Below, piece by piece: positions 44,685 through 53,082 of a DNA stretch of 64,000 nucleotides (the first letter of the stretch is position 1; every line of letters starts with the position of its first letter). Source of the DNA: Bdellovibrionales bacterium (lineage in GTDB: Bacteria > Bdellovibrionota > Bdellovibrionia > Bdellovibrionales > JAGQZY01); contig JANPLN010000049.1 in the NCBI GenBank assembly GCA_031426555.1, positions 1,223 through 65,222 on the forward strand. Reading direction: 5' to 3'. A program made the translations under genes and the position numbers. The notes below the pieces were generated by a model. That model worked only from the letters and a program-made list of their open reading frames with translations. It was not told the DNA's origin and did not search any database.

Positions 44685-45986
44685 TTAAATCATGTCCATC
44701 ATTAGTAGACCGGGATTTTCTATTCGTTTAATAAAAGCGGCTAAGAAGCGTGCTGCCTCAGCGCCGTCGATCAAACGATGATCACAAGTCACTGTAAAAT
44801 TCATAAACTTGGCAACCTCAAGCTGACCATCGACCACAAACGGACGATCTTGGATTTTATACATTCCAAATATTGCAACTTCTGGATGATTGATGATTGG
44901 TGTGGCGTAAGTTCCACCGATGCTGCCGATGTTGGTGATGGTGAACGTGGCGCCCTTCATCTCTTCGAGCTTTAATTTTCCATCGCGCGCACGTTTTCCT
45001 AGATCCACGATTTCGGCACTTATTTGGAAAATGGTTTTGCGATCAGCATCTTTGATCACCGGAACCATCAGGCCATTTGGTGTGTCTGCGGCGAAACCGA
45101 TGTTGAAGTATTTTTTGCTGACGATCTCTTGAGCGGCATCATCAATGGATGAATTGAATTTTGGGAATTCGCGAATTGTGGCCATCAACGCTTTCATAAC
45201 AAAAGGCAGATACGTCACTTTGATACCGCGTTGCTCGGCCGCAGCTTTTAATTCTTCGCGCATGGTTACTAGCGAAGTCACATTGGCTTCGTCCATCAAC
45301 GTGAAGTGTGGAATGATGTGTTTTGCCATTTGCATATTCTCAGCGATTTTTTTACGAACACCGCGGAGTGGCTCACGCTCCTCTTTGCCCTGCTGACTGA
45401 CGAAGGCCGGCATGTCGCGCGGCGGAGAGTATGTTGGCATTCCTGCGCCTGTCGCGCCTTGGGATTTTAAAACGTCATCGCGAGTCACTCTGCCCGCAAG
45501 ACCTGAACCGGGAACTTGGTTGATGTCTACATTGCTTTCGCGAGCTAAACGGCGCGTCGAAGGAGTTGCTAGAACATGAATGTCCATTGGTGGAGGCTGA
45601 ACTGTTGCCATGCCGCCGCCCGAAGACGCCGACATTGATGGTGCAGGAGCTTGCGGCGCTTTTGCTGCAGGTGCCGTGGGTGCCTTCGCCTCTGCCGGCG
45701 CTGCCGGTGCTGTTGGTGCGGGAGCTGCTTTGGCAGCACCGGCTCCGCTGTCGTCGATGATGACAAACGCGGCGCCAACTTTGAGGACGTCGCCTTCTTT
45801 AAATTTTAATTCTTTAACAACGCCGGCCGCAGGTGATGGAACTTCCACCGTGGCTTTATCGGTCATCAATTCCACAAGAGATTGGTCAACCTTGATGGCG
45901 TCGCCCACTTTTACAAGCCAACGAACAAGTTCACCCTCGGTTACGCCTTCGCCGATTTCTGGTAATTGGATATCTTTTGTTGCCAT
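44685..45986 (-). CDS. 2-oxo acid dehydrogenase E2 component (dihydrolipoamide acyltransferase)
   Basis: Lipoyl domain with MTDKATVEVPSP, an Ala/Pro-rich linker, a peripheral subunit-binding domain (ATPSTRRLARE) and the catalytic CDHRLIDGAEAARF. Confidence 0.9.
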   Translation of the reverse strand: MATKDIQLPEIGEGVTEGELVRWLVKVGDAIKVDQSLVELMTDKATVEVPSPAAGVVKELKFKEGDVLKVGAAFVIIDDSGAGAAKAAPAPTAPAAPAEAKAPTAPAAKAPQAPAPSMSASSGGGMATVQPPPMDIHVLATPSTRRLARESNVDINQVPGSGLAGRVTRDDVLKSQGATGAGMPTYSPPRDMPAFVSQQGKEEREPLRGVRKKIAENMQMAKHIIPHFTLMDEANVTSLVTMREELKAAAEQRGIKVTYLPFVMKALMATIREFPKFNSSIDDAAQEIVSKKYFNIGFAADTPNGLMVPVIKDADRKTIFQISAEIVDLGKRARDGKLKLEEMKGATFTITNIGSIGGTYATPIINHPEVAIFGMYKIQDRPFVVDGQLEVAKFMNFTVTCDHRLIDGAEAARFLAAFIKRIENPGLLMMDMI

Positions 45987-45995
45987 GAATGCCTC

Positions 45996-46922
45996 CTAGG
46001 CCTGAGCTGTCGTTTTTGACAGACTCTCTTGCTGGCGTTGTTTTTCAATAACGCCTTTGATAAAAAATTCTCCTGCTTTGTAAGAGCTTCGCACAAGGGC
46101 GCCACTCGCGCAGTAAATAAATCCTAATTTTAACGCTTCTTGTTCCCAAAATTTAAACTTTTCTGGGGTTACAAAATCGATCACCTTCAGGTGGCGCCGC
46201 GTGGGCTGAAGATATTGTCCAAAGGTTACGATGTCGCAACCGACTGCGCGCAGATCGCGCATGGTTTGCATAATTTCTTCGTCGGTTTCGCCAAGACCCA
46301 ACATCACCGAAGTTTTAGTGTACATTTTGGGATTGAGCTTTTTAGCTGTAGCTAAAGTTAAAAGCGATTGTTGATAAGTGGCGCGCGGATCCCGCACTTT
46401 GGGTGTGAGCCTCTGCACAGTTTCCACATTGTGAGCAAAAACTTCGGGCTGCGAGCGAACCACGCGTTCGATCAATTCTTCCTTACCCAAAAAATCAGGA
46501 GTTAACACTTCGACAATCAATTTTGGATCGTTGGCCTTCATCACCTCAATCGTGCGCGCAAAATGATCGGCGCCTTGATCGGGCATGTCGTCGCGATTCA
46601 CACTCGTGATCACCACGTACTTTAAACCCATTTGGGCAATGGCCCAACCTACTTTTTCGGGCTCTTGCTCGTCGATTTTTCCTTTGGGATTTCCGGTTTT
46701 CACCGCGCAAAAACGACAGCCCCGGGTGCAGACTTCGCCCATCAACATAAAGGTCGCTGTGCCGCCAGCCCAGCATTCGCCGATATTGGGACAACGGGCC
46801 TCTTGGCAAACAGTGGCTAATTTTAGATTTCCAAGCATGCTTTTGATCGTATTGTAAGCCTCGCCCGAAGGGGCTTTGACTTTGAGCCATTCTGGCTTGG
46901 GAACTCGCACAACATCTGCCAT
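45996..46922 (-). CDS. lipA: Lipoyl synthase
   Basis: CPNIGECW and radical-SAM CTRGCRFCAV clusters. Start trimmed to MADVVRVPKPEWLKVK (46922). Confidence 0.93.
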   Translation of the reverse strand: MADVVRVPKPEWLKVKAPSGEAYNTIKSMLGNLKLATVCQEARCPNIGECWAGGTATFMLMGEVCTRGCRFCAVKTGNPKGKIDEQEPEKVGWAIAQMGLKYVVITSVNRDDMPDQGADHFARTIEVMKANDPKLIVEVLTPDFLGKEELIERVVRSQPEVFAHNVETVQRLTPKVRDPRATYQQSLLTLATAKKLNPKMYTKTSVMLGLGETDEEIMQTMRDLRAVGCDIVTFGQYLQPTRRHLKVIDFVTPEKFKFWEQEALKLGFIYCASGALVRSSYKAGEFFIKGVIEKQRQQESLSKTTAQA

Positions 46923-47148
46923 GGTTTTTACTCCGTGTAGAGGTTGTAAAGCTGGCTCTAAAATAAGGCAACCTAGACGCAAATGTTGCTCTGCGCAATT
47001 CTCCGATTAGCTCGACAGAAAAAATGCTAATGCTTATTTATAGCGTTCATTGAGACCTGTAAAGACTTCAGAGAAATCAAACACCAATAAATCTCATGTA
47101 CAAACACATTGCCTGTTTTATACCTTTCAAAAAGAAGGGGTGCCAGCT

Positions 47149-47598
47149 ATGAAGCTTTTCCAAATATTTACTCTCGCGTTCGTTCTTGTTTTTGCCAAAA
47201 ATGTCTATTCACAGACGGCTAAAATTGAGTCTGCCGAATTCGTCGAACTCGAAATAGAAATACCTATTATGATCAGTGACCAGTGTCAGATAGGAGAAGA
47301 CTTTTTAGGCACAGTACAGATTCTTTGCGCCTACAGCCTTGGTGGAAAACTTCCTGCTGGAGGAAAGATCATCGGCGCTCACTTAACAACTGATTCGTAC
47401 TTTGAAACCGAATACTGGTTTGACGGCGACAAATTGATGTTTGAATTTCTAGATCGATACGACGCAAATAAACAGGGGTTTTACTCAGAGGTCTTTAACA
47501 GATACCGCAGTTTTCCAGTGATCCTCAAATTTGTTTATCAGGGACCAAAAATTGAGCTGGATCAAAAAATACTTGGTAACCCCGTTGATCCTCATTAA
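47149..47598 (+). CDS. Hypothetical secreted protein
   Basis: Start at MKLFQIFTLAFVLVFAKNVYS (47149) with a GAAGGGG RBS. No family recognised. Confidence 0.4.
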   Translation: MKLFQIFTLAFVLVFAKNVYSQTAKIESAEFVELEIEIPIMISDQCQIGEDFLGTVQILCAYSLGGKLPAGGKIIGAHLTTDSYFETEYWFDGDKLMFEFLDRYDANKQGFYSEVFNRYRSFPVILKFVYQGPKIELDQKILGNPVDPH

Positions 47599-47634
47599 CG
47601 TGAAACACGTTACTCAACACGTTGAGGAACAGCC

Positions 47635-48387
47635 ATGAAATTTAAAATTCCGCTCATCGAAGGTATTTTTCTTAAGCGCTATAAAAGATTTTTTGCCGAC
47701 ATCCTCTTGGGCGACCAGACCGTCGTCGCCCATACGCCCAACACCGGTAGCATGAAAGGCTGCAGTGATCCCAACAGCGCGTGCCTCATGTCTCCAGCCA
47801 CCAACCCCGAACGTAAATTGCGCTACACGCTCGAGATGATTCGCACCCCAAAATCCTGGGTGGGCGTCAATACGAGCAACCCCCCAGTTCTGGTGCGCGA
47901 ACTGTTTGCCAGCCGTACTGTTCCCCACTGGAAAGACTTCGATGGCTTCCAAGCAGAAGTAAAAATCAATACGCAGACACGCTTGGATGGTGCCCTTTGG
48001 AAAAGCGCGGAACAAAAAAATGTAAAAAATGGAAAGCTTACGAAGCTCGAAGCTCCATTGCATTTTTTTGAAATCAAGAATGTGTCCTTGGCCGAAAATG
48101 TCGACAATAAAACCGTCGCCATGTTTCCCGATGCCGTCACTGAGCGCGGACAAAAGCATTTGCAAGAGATGATGGATTTGATGGAGCAGGGTTTTACCTG
48201 CGAAATGGTCTACGTAATTCAACGCGAAGACTGCACAGAGTTTGCACCCGCGGAACATATTGACCCTGAGTATGGCCGAATTTTGCGCGAAGCTGTAAAA
48301 AGGGGATTGCGAGTTTCCGCTTTCCCTTGCCGCCTCAGCCCCACAGAAATTGTTCTTCAAGCCGTGTCGTTGCCTGTGAGGCTTTAA
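47635..48387 (+). CDS. sfsA: Sugar fermentation stimulation protein A (SfsA family nuclease-like)
   Basis: FLKRYKRFFADI...VVAHTPNTGSM is the SfsA N-terminal signature. Length 250 aa. Confidence 0.85.
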   Translation: MKFKIPLIEGIFLKRYKRFFADILLGDQTVVAHTPNTGSMKGCSDPNSACLMSPATNPERKLRYTLEMIRTPKSWVGVNTSNPPVLVRELFASRTVPHWKDFDGFQAEVKINTQTRLDGALWKSAEQKNVKNGKLTKLEAPLHFFEIKNVSLAENVDNKTVAMFPDAVTERGQKHLQEMMDLMEQGFTCEMVYVIQREDCTEFAPAEHIDPEYGRILREAVKRGLRVSAFPCRLSPTEIVLQAVSLPVRL

Positions 48388-48393
48388 CTTAAT

Positions 48394-48825
48394 TTACTTT
48401 TGGAAACACTGCAATTTGGATGAACGCGCGAGAACACTAGCATCCATGCACTTTTGCTCATCGCTCATTACCACGATATCCCAACCTGTTGTGCTAAGGG
48501 TGTAGCCAGGGCTTGAAATTGAGCAGATAGAATTTTTTGTGACCCACGAATCCGGAATCTCACAAAAATAATTTTCTCCCACAACAAAATTCCGAACGAT
48601 GCTGTAATTATCAACTGGAGTGATCTCGTAGGTCAGGCGTGAAACATCATTGGCGATGTCGGGTCCATTTTTGTACTTCTGTGCGATAGCTTCACGAACT
48701 AACTGAATCACCGCACGTTCCTTCGAACGTGTTTTGTGCCCGTCAACAGTTGCGCTAAGTGAACCCTCAGCAAAAGCAGCAGTAGTTAAAAAAGTGATCA
48801 AGGTTAATAAGATTAAATTTTTCAT
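48394..48825 (-). CDS. Hypothetical secreted protein
   Basis: Signal peptide MKNLILLTLITFLTTAAFA and five Cys in the mature part. No family recognised. Confidence 0.4.
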   Translation of the reverse strand: MKNLILLTLITFLTTAAFAEGSLSATVDGHKTRSKERAVIQLVREAIAQKYKNGPDIANDVSRLTYEITPVDNYSIVRNFVVGENYFCEIPDSWVTKNSICSISSPGYTLSTTGWDIVVMSDEQKCMDASVLARSSKLQCFQK

Positions 48826-48943
48826 AGTCCTCCAAAAATTTCGTTACAATTGGAGTTATAACCTAGTGCAGCGAGATTCTAAACCGACCCTGTAAACAAT
48901 CCAACCTTTTGAAATTTCTAGTCGAAGCAAGGGCTATGGGCCA

Positions 48944-48968
48944 ATAAAAAATGCGCTCATAAGAGCGC
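48944..48968 (-). terminator. Rho-independent terminator downstream of the DsbA-like gene
   Basis: On the minus strand: GCGCTC-TTAT-GAGCGC followed by ATTTTTTATTGG. Confidence 0.6.
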
Positions 48969-49005
48969 CTAATAATGCAATGCCGCCGGTAAAGGTACTT
49001 GGTAC

Positions 49006-49809
49006 CTATCCTTTGCGCTTCATCCATTCGTCGATGATTTTTTTGAACTCTGGGAATGGGTATGCACCTTTTAATGTGACACCGTTGATGAGGAAACCAG
49101 GTGTTCCTTCGATTCCGTTTTTGTTAGCTTCTTCCATATCGCCATCGATGCGCTTTTTAATGAAGTCGGCTTTGCCTTTAAGGTCTGCCGCTAAGCGACC
49201 CATGTCGGCGCCAGCATCTTTGGCCGCTTTTTGATAAAACTTATCGGCATCTTTATCAGAACCATACGTTCCGTTTTGATCTTCGAAAACTTTCTTTTTA
49301 AACTCGAAAGCTTTTCCCGCATCTTGCATAGCTATGGCTTCGAAGTACTCGGAACCACGGCGAGCGTTTGGATGTTTTGATTCCAAAGGAAGATGTTTAA
49401 ACACGATTCGAACTTTATCACCATAGGCTTTTACAACTTCGTCCATGGTCTCTGCACCGCGCTTGCAGTACGGGCATTGAAAATCAGAGTACTCAACCAC
49501 TGTTACCTTAGCATCAGCAGGTCCCTTGAATGGGCGATCGGCTTCCATGGCAAAGGCTTTTGGATTGTCGAATTCTTTTTTGCGATCTTCTTCTTCTTTT
49601 TTCTGGGCGCGCTCGTAGTCACCTTTTTGGGCTTCTTGAGCGGCTTCGCGCAAAGTATCCATAAATTTAACTGGATCTTTTTTGATCGCATTATAAATAA
49701 TTTCTGGGTTATTTTCGATCGTCTTTTCGATCAGTTTGGAGCAAGAAGCTACAAAAAAAATCATGCTCACGAAAAATAGCGCTTTCGTCAATTTCACTGG
49801 GTCCTCCAT
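49006..49809 (-). CDS. DsbA-family thiol:disulfide oxidoreductase lipoprotein
   Basis: Thioredoxin-fold active site FQCPYCKR, lipobox-like FFVASC, and a charged K/E-rich linker. Confidence 0.75.
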   Translation of the reverse strand: MEDPVKLTKALFFVSMIFFVASCSKLIEKTIENNPEIIYNAIKKDPVKFMDTLREAAQEAQKGDYERAQKKEEEDRKKEFDNPKAFAMEADRPFKGPADAKVTVVEYSDFQCPYCKRGAETMDEVVKAYGDKVRIVFKHLPLESKHPNARRGSEYFEAIAMQDAGKAFEFKKKVFEDQNGTYGSDKDADKFYQKAAKDAGADMGRLAADLKGKADFIKKRIDGDMEEANKNGIEGTPGFLINGVTLKGAYPFPEFKKIIDEWMKRKG

Positions 49810-49926
49810 TGTTGGCTACATAAGCTAAGTCCTAAAACTATAAAAGACAACCCTAGCCCTGTCACCCGATGAATTGACGTTGGACATTATAAGGTTACAA
49901 TAGACACATCCTATAAGGAGATAACC

Positions 49927-50514
49927 ATGAAACGACTGTCCGCCCTTTTATGCATTGTGTTTGTAATGAGTGCCCGTGCCGAAATCGAATATCACTCGGA
50001 ACGACTCAAAACGATGGATATCGAAGTGCTTCAGCAGATCATCTATAAAAACATCAAAGGTTTAGAAAATAGAGATAGCGATGAATCTCCTGAGCTTTTG
50101 ATCAAAAAGTCTCTCGAAATCGTGCTGGCTCAGCCAGACCAAAGTGTAGGAATTAGTTCCATCTTCGAACAACTTCGCACATCCTCGGGCTCCGACAAAA
50201 AGTTTGCCTCTGCTTTAAGCAGCATTGTGGACGACGCACTCTCTGTTCTTAAAAATAAGGGTAAAGACAAAGACTTACTCCGAACACAAAACAGCTATGT
50301 TTATATTTTAAACAACATGTTGTCAGAGCTGCAAAAGCTGAAGGACATTCCCAGTTACAAGACTTTGATCGAGCACATTCGCGACGCCGATGTCGAGTTT
50401 TCGGATTATCTTATTTCCTACCGACTTCTCAACAGCATGACCGAAGCCGAAAGTCCCTCCAGATTAGCGGGAACCATTCTTCCTAAAAAAGAGCCGTGGT
50501 GGAAATTTTGGTAG
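49927..50514 (+). CDS. Hypothetical secreted helical protein
   Basis: TAAGGAG RBS and signal peptide MKRLSALLCIVFVMSARA. No family recognised. Confidence 0.4.
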   Translation: MKRLSALLCIVFVMSARAEIEYHSERLKTMDIEVLQQIIYKNIKGLENRDSDESPELLIKKSLEIVLAQPDQSVGISSIFEQLRTSSGSDKKFASALSSIVDDALSVLKNKGKDKDLLRTQNSYVYILNNMLSELQKLKDIPSYKTLIEHIRDADVEFSDYLISYRLLNSMTEAESPSRLAGTILPKKEPWWKFW

Positions 50515-50544
50515 TATTGGTTTAAGTCGGTTCATTCGAATCGA

Positions 50545-51801
50545 TTAGTTAGAACCGTCGAGCCGGGCGCGATTGTTCAGCTGGTGAAGACGTTTATCGA
50601 TCGTCTCCAGTAAAAAATCAAGTGCTCCCAACTCTGCAACTTTATTTTTCGCTCGAGGGATTTTAATGATCACTTCTTTTGGTGCTCCCCGAAAGATAAC
50701 AAATTGATAAAAAGGGCTCTCTTCACCTTCCACCCAAGGGACCGCCGCAGAAACGGTTTTCCGGCCTGTACGTCCAACCCAGCCCATCCAAGAGGTTTCA
50801 TTTTCGAAAAGCTGGCCAGGTAAAATCCGTCTTAATTCAGTAAGCCATTCGATCTGATTCTGCAGAAAATCTTTGTATGTAACTCCTGAGGGGTCCGAAA
50901 CCTCAGGATTAAATTTCTCCGTCACCAGCCACGCCTCCACTTCGTCCGTCGAGAAAGCGCGCTTGTAGCCATTCGGCATTTCAGAACCTCCAAACAGACC
51001 AAGTTCGTTGGATTTCCCGGCGTAAAACTCAATTTTTCCTGTGGCGTCGCCATATTTTTCAAGGCGCATATCATTTGTCGAATGGACGATTTCATGGGCC
51101 AAAAACGCCGCAAAATCTTTATCTTCCGACAGCAAAAGAAAGTCAGCGAGAAAAATTCTTCGGCCCACGGATTTTCCCAACGCATTCTGCGATAAAATGC
51201 GATCAAAAAGATGATTTGTGAAAGTAAAATTAAATTGATGGCGCTGTTGCCGTCGCCACATCCATGCAAGATGTGTGTCTGCAGGACGGTTTCGAAACCC
51301 TTCGATTTCGAGTTCAAAACCTTGGGACGTCATTTTCGTAACGATAAAGTCCACGGGTTCTCGTAAAAGCACTTCGATTTTTTTTAAATTCTTATTAAGC
51401 AGAACGATATGCTCTTCTAAGCGCCAATAATCGGTGAGGAATGCTAACGGAATATGCACGTAAGCCACATGCTTCCCCATGCGCATCAACGCCCGAATTC
51501 CTTCACCATGGATTTTTTCTGTTGAGTAAAACAACTCAATGCCCGGCCATCGCTCTTGAAATCGATCCAGCAAAATGGAAATGTCCGAGGTTTCGCGTTC
51601 TACAACGATGATTGATTTGTTCTTGGCGCCCGCAAAATCGACTCCCTCTTCGAGACCCAAACTAGCGAGGAGAGTTTTGGGACCATCTACGCTGTAGAGA
51701 GAAATTTTATTAAAAAGCGAATAACAGGCTTTTTCGCGCATCCCATGAGCAAAGCTGTGACTGCAAAAAAATAAGATGACCAAAAGACAGCTGTATTTCA
51801 T
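50545..51801 (-). CDS. Hypothetical secreted protein with an HExxH motif (possible zinc metallopeptidase)
   Basis: Start taken at MKYSCLLVILFFCSHSFA (51801). The single HEIVH motif (FLAHEIVHS) is the only functional clue. Confidence 0.4.
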   Translation of the reverse strand: MKYSCLLVILFFCSHSFAHGMREKACYSLFNKISLYSVDGPKTLLASLGLEEGVDFAGAKNKSIIVVERETSDISILLDRFQERWPGIELFYSTEKIHGEGIRALMRMGKHVAYVHIPLAFLTDYWRLEEHIVLLNKNLKKIEVLLREPVDFIVTKMTSQGFELEIEGFRNRPADTHLAWMWRRQQRHQFNFTFTNHLFDRILSQNALGKSVGRRIFLADFLLLSEDKDFAAFLAHEIVHSTNDMRLEKYGDATGKIEFYAGKSNELGLFGGSEMPNGYKRAFSTDEVEAWLVTEKFNPEVSDPSGVTYKDFLQNQIEWLTELRRILPGQLFENETSWMGWVGRTGRKTVSAAVPWVEGEESPFYQFVIFRGAPKEVIIKIPRAKNKVAELGALDFLLETIDKRLHQLNNRARLDGSN

Positions 51802-51873
51802 AGGTATTGAGTGAGGGCATCCTAACAGATTCTCATTCGAGCGAAACACTCATTGTAAAAACAACAACGGCGC

Positions 51874-52527
51874 TTACTTCTTAGTCGCAATCTTTCTTTT
51901 TCGATCGGGATTGAGCGTTTTGCAAATCAGGCATTCGAGCCCGTAACAGTCGCGGGCTTTGCAATGCTCTCTCCCGTAATAGATGATCTGCAGATGCAGT
52001 TTATTCCAGTGCTCTTTGGCAAAGGCCTTTTTAAGAGCCCGCTCGGTAGCCACTACATTTTGACTTTTACTAAACCCCCAGCGCTGGGCCAGGCGGTGAA
52101 TATGGGTGTCCACAGGGAAGGCCGGCACCCCAAATGCTTGGGCCATTACCACTGAAGCGGTTTTGTGACCTACTCCCGGAAGCTCTTCAAGCTCTGCAAA
52201 AGTTTTTGGCACCTTGCCGTTGTATTTTTCGATCAAAATTTGTGAAAGCCTGTGGATGGCTTTTGATTTTTGCGGAGACAATCCGCAGGGACGAATGAAG
52301 GCTTTGATTTCGTCCACGCTCAATTTCACCATCTGCTGCGGGGTGGAGGCTTTAGCAAACAACGCCGGCGTCACTTTATTCACGCGCTCGTCTGTGCACT
52401 GAGCCGACAAAAGCACCGCGATCAAGAGAGTAAACTCATCCGTATGATCGAGTGGGATCCCTGGGTCGGGGTAAAGTGTGTTGAGAGTTTTAAAAACGAA
52501 TTCTGCCCGCTGGTTCGCCGTCATCAC
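51874..52527 (-). CDS. nth: Endonuclease III
   Basis: HhH-GPD region LPGVGHKTASVV...D and a C-terminal four-Cys cluster. 217 aa. Confidence 0.92.
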   Translation of the reverse strand: MMTANQRAEFVFKTLNTLYPDPGIPLDHTDEFTLLIAVLLSAQCTDERVNKVTPALFAKASTPQQMVKLSVDEIKAFIRPCGLSPQKSKAIHRLSQILIEKYNGKVPKTFAELEELPGVGHKTASVVMAQAFGVPAFPVDTHIHRLAQRWGFSKSQNVVATERALKKAFAKEHWNKLHLQIIYYGREHCKARDCYGLECLICKTLNPDRKRKIATKK

Positions 52528-53006
52528 ATCAACGCGACACCATTTGCCACAAACTGGAACGTTTTTTGTGGCTCGGTCACCTTGTCGATCTCCGCTTGTG
52601 GGCGACCTTCGTCTTTCATGTAATGTTTTACCACTTTCACCGGCAGTTCTTTGTTTTCCATCACGCCAATGACCTGGACTTTTTTGTTAATTATATCTTT
52701 AGGAACTGTAAATCCATAATCTTTCATGGTGATACGCACCACTTGTTGCCCCTCTGCGAGCTCAAACCAACAGCCCGACATCTCGCAAACTTTTTTTACC
52801 GTTCCACTCAACAAAACATTTTTCCCTTTGAATTTTTCAAAGTTGTCAGTGACTTCGGTGAGCGTTGTCGCCGTGGCATTTTGCGGTTCCAATTTACCAA
52901 AAGTCTTTACGGCTCCCTTTTCGCCGGCCACGGCAAAGGAAAAGGACGGGCTTGATAGAAATCCAGATACAAATAGCACTGCAAAAAACGTCCACAAAGT
53001 TTTCAT
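52524..53006 (-). CDS. DUF4920-like secreted protein
   Basis: Signal peptide. The GTVKKVCEMSGCWFEL...KDYGFTVPKD pattern matches my memory of DUF4920. ATGA overlap with the nth start. Confidence 0.55.
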   Translation of the reverse strand: MKTLWTFFAVLFVSGFLSSPSFSFAVAGEKGAVKTFGKLEPQNATATTLTEVTDNFEKFKGKNVLLSGTVKKVCEMSGCWFELAEGQQVVRITMKDYGFTVPKDIINKKVQVIGVMENKELPVKVVKHYMKDEGRPQAEIDKVTEPQKTFQFVANGVALM

Positions 53007-53082
53007 AAATCCTCCTTAAAGAAATTCAACTTACTCCGAAATGATTGTCTTCGCTAGCTAATGCCTGTATGTTGTGAAAATT

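Noticed and set aside
47614-48360. A 248-aa ORF on the minus strand covering almost all of sfsA
   Set aside because: The plus-strand frame has the unmistakable SfsA signature (RYKRFFADI, HTPNTGSM). The antisense translation has no motifs or RBS and is best explained as a stop-poor antisense frame.
50529-50543. A GGTTCATTCGAATCG segment resembling a tRNA T-arm
   Set aside because: No acceptor stem, D-arm or anticodon arm can be drawn around it. It lies in a 30-nt gap between convergent genes.
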